Origin: Eledone cirrhosa
Taxonomy: Eukaryota
Length of the DNA: 64,000 nt
Assembly: GCA_964016885.1 (NCBI GenBank)
Contig: OZ024741.1
Location: 70,494,001-70,558,000 of the forward strand
Direction: 5' to 3'
Position 1 is the stretch's first letter. Each line of letters begins with the position of its first letter. Shown here in pieces: positions 53,901 through 64,000 of the stretch. The translations under genes were made by a program, and so were the position numbers. A model generated the notes under the pieces. That model searched no databases, was not told where the DNA came from, and saw nothing but the letters and a program-made list of their open reading frames with translations.

Positions 53901-55431
53901 AAAGAAAATACTGTCAAGAAACTGTCGAGAGATTGAAATGACAGTTATTTTTTAACCCCAAGTTAGCCCTCATTAAACAGACCTATAATGGTTTCTAATT
54001 TGGGAGAAGGTAAAGTCCATTGTTTCGACCCCGGAAGGAGAAAATGCAAAGTTGACCTTCGTGGGATTTGACCTCAGAACGTAAAGGTCCATAACTAAAT
54101 GCTGCACCAATCCACCGCCCTAAGAAGACCACCTACAATAAAAGGCGTTCCATCTCGTCTTTTCCCCAGGCAGTGTGCATCAGCGACTTCTTTATCTAAC
54201 GTATCCGTCTCTCATAAAGACTGTAGAGCTTAATATGAGGGAAATTTGGCTGTTATTTTTAGCAGGTCTAGCGATTGCGCGGAGGCTCCCAGTAATTGTA
54301 AGAGATTTCTATTGCTAGCTAGAACAGTTTCAATTACTGCACTAAATGAATTCATGAGGTTACATTTCCATTAAACTGTTTTTTTCACGATAAGTCTGGA
54401 AATTGAGTCTTTCGTTGTTAAAAATACAATGTTAACTCGTCGGAGAGGAAGAGCGGGGTAGGTGGAGTGAGGTGACACTCTTTCATCGACAATTGTTTCT
54501 GTTGGCCATTATAGGCACGCATGCATATATATACATGCTATATATATACGAGACTACTAAGCTAAACATGTTAACTCTATACAATAAAACTATAATAAAA
54601 AACCAACGTCGAACCAAGTGTCATACAAGATATAACCCTTCTCTTTCGACCGAAACGAAACGTTGTTTCATTTTAAACATCATAATTATATTATTTTTAA
54701 CACCGTTGATTGTTGTTGACTCTAAAAAGGTAAGGACCTGTTTAGTATAGCAACTAATTCAGCGGAATAGTTATCTTTCTTTATGGAGATATTTAATGAT
54801 ATGGTATCAAATGAAGTCCTTTTGTAGAGCTGTATAATTATTAGTTATTGTGTTCGGCTTGTGGTGTGTTTAAGCCTGTGTGTCTGTGTCTGTGTTTGGT
54901 TGTTAGTTGTTGTTTTTTTTACATCACGCCCTACTTTTGTGATAGTTGAGCGATATAAAAAAAAACGGGTGGGGAGACAGATAGAAGAGACAGAACAAGA
55001 AAATGTTGAAACTAGAAGCAAAAATGAGGAGAGATAGATTGAAAAAGTAAAAACACTGTCTTTCCAGAGGCGCAGATTGAAAAAGCAAAAACACCGTCTT
55101 TCCAGTGGCACACATCTTCTCAGCGCCGTCCTTTTCTCTCGACGTTTGGTTCTCAATGAGATCGTTAAACACAGCTTGGGCGGGTGTAGTTAGACTAAGG
55201 TGACAGCATCACGATCTTCCCGTTCCGAAGTTGTAAGCTCCTATAAGTTAAATAAGCTATAGATTAGGGCCATACACTCTCGGATGCCTCATCATTAGTT
55301 TATATTATATTCGTTAATACTAAATCACCACACACACACATATATATATATATATATACACATATATATATATATATTAATAGTGAGAAAGTTAGATATA
55401 TTACTAAATCGTTCCAAATTGTTGCTTATTT

Positions 55432-55474
<43 letters not shown>

Positions 55475-58400
55475 TTTATCATTAGCATTAATATAAAAAA
55501 TATTATTTTACAATTTTTTTACCCGAATTGTTTTTGTTTCATTTAATATCTTATTGAAACTAAGGTGATGAGTATTGTTCAGAAAATGTATTGAGAAGGT
55601 ATACGTTCAGCGATTTTTGGAAAAATTGTATAAGGCTTCTGCATCAAAATAATTTAGGGAGTCACTGTGCTAGAGTCTTATTCGTCGCACAACGTGCTTT
55701 GCGGAATAGTTACGGCCCTTTACGTTTTGAGTTTAAATCCTGTCGAGATTAGCTTTGCCTTTCATCCTTATGGAGTTGATAAAATAAAGCACCAGTAATA
55801 CTCTGGAATTAATTTAATCAACCTTCCTTTCCCCAAAAATTGTTGGACTTGTGCCTAAATCAGAAACCATTATCATTACTGCCATTTATTTGTTTTCAAA
55901 ACAGAAAGGAAAGCTAGTTTTTGTGAAAGTTAAAGCAGTACGCTAAAAAAACTCTTAGATCACCCAGTGTTCTACTGCATTTGCCCTCTTCAGCGCTTTT
56001 GAAAGGCTTTTTTTTTTTTGTCTTCTATTATAATTCTATTATAGGAATACATAGCGACCCTCAGTATTTGACACAATAACTTTAGCTGAGTTCACTCTGC
56101 AAGCATTCTCACCAGGTGTCCGGTTTCAGGATTCCTCACTTTCTTTTATCTTGGAGACCCTAAAAACAAGGCGACATGGACTCTGACCTGAACCCCACCC
56201 TGACTGAAAAACAAGAAATTGACTGGTGCTTTTCTTTTATTTACTCCGGAAGAAAGAAAGGTAAAGTTGGTTTCGATGGTATTCGAACACAGAATTTCAA
56301 AGAGCCGCTCTAACGATTCTCCCAATCTACAAAAATAGCAACTATGGATTTAAGCAGCGAATAGATATAGAAATTAAGGCGAAATAAGGGAGGAAAAAAA
56401 TAGAAATGCCATGAACGGAAACGAAACAGAGAGGAGACCATGAATATGAAAAATTACTAATATGAAACAATGAATTTAGGGAAAATTTAACATATGGTAG
56501 AATGGTAGAGTCTCTAGAACGTCGGATAAAATGTTCTGGTTCTCTGCGCTCCAAATTCAAACACCGTCGAGGTCCACTTTGCCTTTCATCATTTCGAGGT
56601 CAATAAAGAAAAATACCAGTCTAGTCTTGATACAACTCTCTCTCTTTGTCTTTGGATGTTCTGCTAGATCAAGGGGGATGGTGTCCAGAAGGTGTCTATT
56701 TACGTCTGCTCGCAACAACAGGGACGCCCACAATCCGTAGTGAAAGCATGATACTATTACCAGGTCATACTCGATTGTCTGTGACGACTGTAGTAGACAG
56801 AATAAGTGGGGCTAAGATTTAAAAAAAACTATTCGATTATTGAAACAGTAAAATGGAGGAAGGGGGAAGCAAAAATATATAAATAAAAATAGGACCATAC
56901 GACGATATGGTCCGATACCATTTTCCTGAAGATATTTAGGTCTGACCTAAACAATTTAAGAACACACCTTAAAATACCTTGAAAGAAATACCTCTCAGTT
57001 GGCTTCATGGTGGCACTGTAACAGGTAATAAGATTCTAGCCTGATGACTGGCATATATATTAGGGTTAAGAGATCAATGTTCCAGCTCTGAACTAAACTG
57101 AGATTCTTTCTCCACACCACCCCCTTATCACTCTATCACACACAAGCATAGCATTAACTATAAAAACAAAAAGAGCCGCAAGCTGGTTGGAACAGTAGAA
57201 CATTGGATTAAATATACACCTTGGTGTATTTAGTTTCGTCTCGTTTTGGCGTCTGTCTGAGTCGGTGTTAAATTCCATTCATCTCCTGGGCGTTGATGAA
57301 ATATATACATTTAAGGCCTGTGTAGATCTCGCGAGATCAAAGATCTATCTATACTTGGAAAATTCCTCTCCAAGGCCCAAAATGATCAAGTCACCCATGC
57401 ATGTAGATCTTCCCTTTTAAAGCCACCAATATTGTACTAGAGAGAAAAAAATACTCATACAGCTTGGGGCCAATGGCATCGCAAGAAAACTCAGTATACA
57501 AAGAACTGTGATACTACCAAGTATCCCATTCGACATAACAATTCTGCCAATTCACCACCCCTGTACAAGTACTTTATCTATCAATCCCGAAAGGATGAAA
57601 GGCAAAGTTGACCTCAGCGTGATTTGAAATCGGAGTGCAGAGAACTGGAAATGATATTGTAAAACATCTAATTCGACCTTGTATCAAACTGGTAAGTTAA
57701 CCAATCAATAAAATATGTACTGGATCGATATCATCAACTAAAAACTGACCGCAGTCTCATCCATGACCGAAACCAATAAAAGACTAAAAGAATAACATAC
57801 ATACATATCATAAAGATTGCAAGCTGACAAAGTACCGGCCGCACTCTGAGAAGCTTATCATAGTCGAACCCATACTAGTGGAGAGATACACTTAGCACTC
57901 GGGACCCTCGAATCACCTCCATACTTACTGCATCGTAGTGGAGATGATCATACGCCAGGGAAAGCCCCGCGAGATGGTCTGACTCTTTCAGCACATCTCC
58001 CTCATCACCCATGGGGAAAACAACAAGCATCCTGGATCCCCAAAACACTTCCCTATTTACTGCAATCGGGATGGAGATTGCTATCCACAAGAACGAGCTC
58101 TGCGAAGTAGGCTCTCATTAGTGTCACATTAGTGATCACGTAGCAACAGTAAATTTAAATGTAATTTTGATAAATGTAACTTTGATAAAGTTTTGTTATG
58201 TACTGTATACGAGGGAATCTACATAAAAAAATAAATAAATAAAAGCAACACTCATTTTAGATACTCTGAATATTTCTGTTCTTTTGGTTTTATCTAACGA
58301 GGAGAGTTTGCTTAATTATTTTCCCCTCCCCAGAGCCGCGTGCACTTCTTCAACCCTTCATATCTCCTGTATTATTCGTTATAGGAGTGGTCGTATCGTG

Positions 58401-60044
58401 TGAACTATTTATCCAGACTAGTGTTATTTGAGATATCTGTTAGAGAATGACACGTTATCTGTCTAGAACCTAATTTCAAAATAATCCATTGTTTGATCTA
58501 CGACAAATAAAAGTTCATTTTATCACTTTCTCAAGTTTACAAACCACGAAATAACATATGTTCGCTTGACCTGCTACAAACAACAGTCACATTTTCTTGA
58601 AATCACATACCTTCTTAAATAAAGAAGGATTCTGCATAGCCGTCTACAACAGCCATCAGTAAGATGCCAGAATATATGAGACCGACTATATTCCTTTATA
58701 TACATAATTGAAGGCGATGAATTGGCAGAGCCGTTAGAACGTCGGATAGAATGTTTTGCGGTATCTATTCCGGCAGCCTGTTCTTTGAATTCAAACCGCA
58801 CCGAGGTCCACTTCGCCTTTCATCTTTTCAGGATTGATAAATTGAAGGCCTTACTCGGTCACGAATGACCATGGTTTTGCACCTAGAAAGTTTCCTTCCG
58901 TGGCACAAGCCTGGACAAGGTTTGTTTTTTGTAGAAGACCAGTAGTCGCCCATGCATACCAGTCTCCCCTTTCCACGCCACCAATGTTGTATAAGGGAAA
59001 GGCAGTGACTGATACAGCTTGGCACCAGTGACGTCACAACTCATTTCTACAGCTGAGTAAACTGGAGCAACATGAAATAAAGTGTCTTGCTCAAGGACAC
59101 AACGCATCACCCGGTCCGAGAATCGAACTCACAACCTCTCAATTGCAAGCCCAATGCTCTAACCACTAAGCCATGCGCATTCACGATAGATAAATAAAGT
59201 ACCAGTCTAGTACTGGGGTCGACGATTCTTTCCCTCCCCATTTACTCTGGAAGAAATCGTCTATGTTCAAACCTGGAGAGGGATGGGCTCCGCCAGGTTT
59301 AAAATGCCCAATGTCACTATAGCCCCCTTATGTGTCAATACATCACTTCGATATTTTCAACACTGATCTGAAACCTAACCAGTGAGTTATCTTTGCTAAG
59401 GCTGGTGCTTATGCCTTTGTATTATAGCAGACGGGGTCCTAAGGAGTCCCAGATCATCGATAATATCAAGGTACCTCAGTTTGTTCTGTCTCTATTTGAA
59501 GCCGTATGCTGGATCACACATGGATTTCCACGATGAAATCCACCACCAACTTTTTCAGAGCATCAGTCACGTAAGCCACAGTCTTTGCCGCCTGTATCTT
59601 ATTTAGCTTTAAACAAATGCTCCCAACAACCAGGTTGTGGTCTTAGCAAGCATCTGTCTTGCGGCATACATGTATGTATGGACTCGTAACTCCTGAGGGA
59701 GTCGTAGAGGCACCATATTGACATACGGCATATCTTGGGCATTTTTAAAACTAGGGAAGCTTATCTCCTCTCTAGGTCTGAATGCAGTAGATTTCTCCCA
59801 GAGAAGGACAGCAAGTGAAAGAAAGGAAGTGAGAAAGATATATAGAGGAAGAATCGACCCTAGTACTAGACTGGTACTTTTTTTATCGACCTTAAATGGC
59901 TGAAAGGCAAAGTTGACCTCGACGGAATTTGAACTCAGACAAAGATTCAGAAAGGATACTGCAATCATTCTATCCGACGCTCTAACGATTCTGTCAATTC
60001 ACCACCACGTGGCGTATATAGGCACTTTTATTTAAGGGTACTGA

Positions 60045-60075
<31 letters not shown>

Positions 60076-60821
60076 TTTTTATAACGCGTGGACGGGCAAG
60101 AATTATCCGCGTAAGATGCGGGGTCCATTATACGGCTTTCTTTTGAGTGAGTGCAAAGATCTTTATCTTTCAGACCTGAGGGATAGGAAGTTGAGGCGAT
60201 CATGCTTTTATTTTTTTTCCAAAGTTATTAACAACTTAAGTGAATACTTCAGACATAAATCGAAACAGGGTCAGTCTTCGCACTCCTGGAGGTGGTGGTG
60301 GTGTCACATTAAACCATCTCATAACTACAACTGTCTGCAATGACTAATTTTTCTTCCTTTACCCCCCCCCCCCCCTCTTAAATGTAATAAAACGCATGCG
60401 CACACGAAAATCAAACATTTGTTGTATATTTCCTTTTTTTTTTTTTTAACAGGAAGTTCTCGGAAAAAATATATTCAAACTAACACACACTACAAACAAA
60501 TGAAATAAAAACATGACGTATATACAGACATGATGAAACTTAACTCATCACTGGCGACAGTCAGCGACCTTTGAGGTGAAGACAATTAAATAAATAATAG
60601 TTTCTTTCGGTGGTATCAATGACAATAGATCTCATTTGAGGAACATGACAATATCTCGCTTGATTCACCAGATTCGTTGTGTTCGTTAGGGTTAGACAGC
60701 GCCGTGTAAACTCAGTGGCAAAAGTAGAATGTGCTACGAACCGCGTATTTTCAAGGGTTCCACGCCAAGAGTGACCTTTACATCATATATATTTTTTTAT
60801 TTTTGACCCTTTTATTGTATA

Positions 60822-61488
60822 CTAGCAGTGGTACCCGGCGTTGCACGGGATAAGGTATTTTGGAACGCGGGCCGCCTACAGACCTAATCGTGGAAAAACG
60901 GCATGCCTGGACAATATGTAAAGAAAATAAACCGAATACTCTGATGGCTGGATAATCTTTAAGATTTTTCTCAATGAAACAGGAAAAATGCAGGTTTTCA
61001 CCTAATGCGGGCCCCAGGGGATCAAGAAAATGAATTTTTTTTATGTGCATAATATATGCCTTGAAATTTCGGAAAAATCGGCTAGACGTAAACGCCTCAA
61101 AAAAGCCCTAAAAAGCTGAAAAAAAATGAAGTTTTTCAACTAATGCGGGCCCTAGGCCATAAAAATGTTGGATTTTCTTTGCTCACGGTATGAAGAAGAG
61201 ACTGACTAATACATAGTTACAATTTCAAGGAAATCGGTCTGACGTAACGCCTCAAAAAACCCCCGAAAAAACGCAGTTTTTCACCTAATGCGTGCTCTAG
61301 GGGATAAAAAAAGGTTGAATTTTTTAGGTGCATAATACTCCCTGAAATATAAGTAATACACATGTAAAGTTTGAAAAAAGTCGGTTGGGTACTTCTCGAG
61401 CTTTAGGGATTCAAACTCACAGACACAGACAGACATCCTCAGGGAAGTGACGTAATGCAGACAGCCAGACATATAGACAGATATTATA
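60822..61488 (-). mobile_element. Non-autonomous Helitron-like element
   Basis: - strand 3' end: hairpin cccgtgcaacgccggg followed by CTAG|T; internal ~140-bp subrepeats (ctaatgcgggccc); (gaca)n near the other end. Confidence 0.65.
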
Positions 61489-61635
61489 AGGGCGCGACGT
61501 TATATGTATGTATCTATCTAAAAAAAGAAAGACTAAGAATTATAGAGAGAGATCGCTAAATCGCCTGATGCGGTCCCTAGAGCATTGAAGGTCCCGCACT
61601 AACTTAACCCGACAGTGGAGTTACGGTTGGCTCCT

Positions 61636-62332
<697 letters not shown>

Positions 62333-62810
62333 GGGGGTAGTAAGTTGTGATATTTTCTACTCCCCTCTACGCCCAGCTCAGCTGGATTAAGATACTAATG
62401 ACCAAAGGGCATCCCAGCCGTGACCACTCAAAAAAAAAATCTTCCTGCCAAATTTTGTTTTACCTCCTTCAGGGTCCAAGTAAAGGGCGTCATAACTTAA
62501 CTAGCACAGAGCCTCATTTGTCCTAAATCCAGCTCTGCTTGCAGTATATGTTCTGACTCTACGTTCAGGTTTCAAATCTCACCGAGGGTAAATAACTTTA
62601 CCTTTCTTCCTCTTTGAGTCAATAAAATAAACTACCAGACCGGGGGTGGGGGTATTGGCGGAATTGTGAGAATGTCGAAAAAAAATGCTTTGCAGCATTT
62701 TTTTTTTTTTTTGCGGCTCTCTACGTTCTGAGTAGTGCCCGGGTAGATGTAGCGTGCTTATGACTCTAACAAATAAGAGAAAGAGAAATTTTGCCTTCTA
62801 GGTTGTATGT

Positions 62811-62974
62811 CAGTCATGGCCAAAATGCGGCCCGCGAGACGCATGCGGCCCCTTTGTCTTTCTGAATAGCACGCCTAATTTCAAAATTGCCTTGAATCTT
62901 TTAGTAGTGCGGTCCGCATTATGATGAGCCACATCATATGCGGCCCACTGCTCAAAAAAGATTACCCATGCCTG
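62811..62974. mobile_element. Possible hAT (Charlie-like) MITE
   Basis: cagtcatggc...cccatgcctg ends with repeated tgcggccc motifs; no clean TSD. Confidence 0.5.
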
Positions 62975-63329
62975 TCTATGGTGTAGCTAGTGGGTAACAG
63001 AATAGATTTTCACGTATTGATAAAAGTATGTATATGACCTTGACTGCAGGAAATTAGGTCTTCAAATGATAAAATAAAATAAAATTACCACTAACGGCTG
63101 GCTCATATTTCTACTGCCCACAGGATTGCCTACTTACGTTAATTAGTGTATCAACGTAGTCTGATCTAGATAGAGGCGACCTCTTAGCATATAGTAACAA
63201 ACCAAACGACTATAGTAGGTACGATAAAGGGTGGAGATGGCCCTACAACCATTAAGCCGTTGAGACACCACTAAGGGTTTCAACTCCATACAATATGTAT
63301 GTGTTCTTCTGGTTTTATATTTTACAATT

Positions 63330-63406
<77 letters not shown>

Positions 63407-64000
63407 TGGTTTCTAGTACAGAAACATGACTCTTACACTGGAGTTTAGAAAACATCAACTTGGTAATTGTGTGTATGTGTACATGCGAGTATATATGGAT
63501 GTCATTGCATATGAGGATCTGTATGTTTTGTGTTATATGTGTTATATGTGTGTGTCTACGTGTGTGTGTATATGTATGTATCGAGGGTTAGTGTGTCAGT
63601 CTACTCATGAAATTAACATGTAAGTAGCTGAGAACTCCATAGACACGTGTACCCATAACGAAAGTCTCTAGAAGGTTCTGCGAGGTACTGTGTTTGACAA
63701 GACTGGCTCTCTGAAATTCAGATACTCTCCAATTGACGGGCTTCCAAACAAAATTTCTGTTTACCCAATTTCACTCGAAAGCATGTGTCTATCCGTAGCT
63801 ATTGTGAGACTTGCTCAAGATGCCACGTGCTGGGATCGAACCCAAAACTTGATGGTTGAGAAGTGAATTCCTTAACTATTCGGCCATGATGCGTTTACAG
63901 TAAGGTGCACGAATAACTCAGTGGTACCTTAAAGTTCAAACCAGCATGTAGTTTCCAATCTAATTTTGTGCAGCATGGACTACTATGGACATGGGGTTAG

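Overview
AT-rich, microsatellite-dense animal genomic DNA. The repeat landscape suggests a mollusc, probably a cephalopod such as Octopus (inference). The only recognisable host gene piece is the first coding exon of a laminin alpha-3/5 (LanA-type) gene at 6709-7137 (+). I found no second exon, so the remaining ~57 kb is probably one large intron. It holds two Penelope-like elements (RT + GIY-YIG), an L1/Tx1-type LINE, RTE, CRE and Tc1/mariner fragments, hAT and Helitron non-autonomous elements, and many tRNA-derived SINEs. The main discovery is a non-coding system of self-cleaving ribozymes. A ~6.06 kb array of apparently identical 472-bp monomers (33118-39180) carries 13 complete type I hammerhead ribozymes, one per monomer. 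It has an inverted 5' segment and a candidate target-site duplication, which fits a non-LTR retrozyme (circular-RNA-forming retroelement). Diverged relatives lie at ~9.1 and ~20.2 kb. Many further hammerhead motifs of other families occur in Penelope terminal repeats and in long palindromes inside (TA)n tracts. All structures were read by eye, with no folding or database search.
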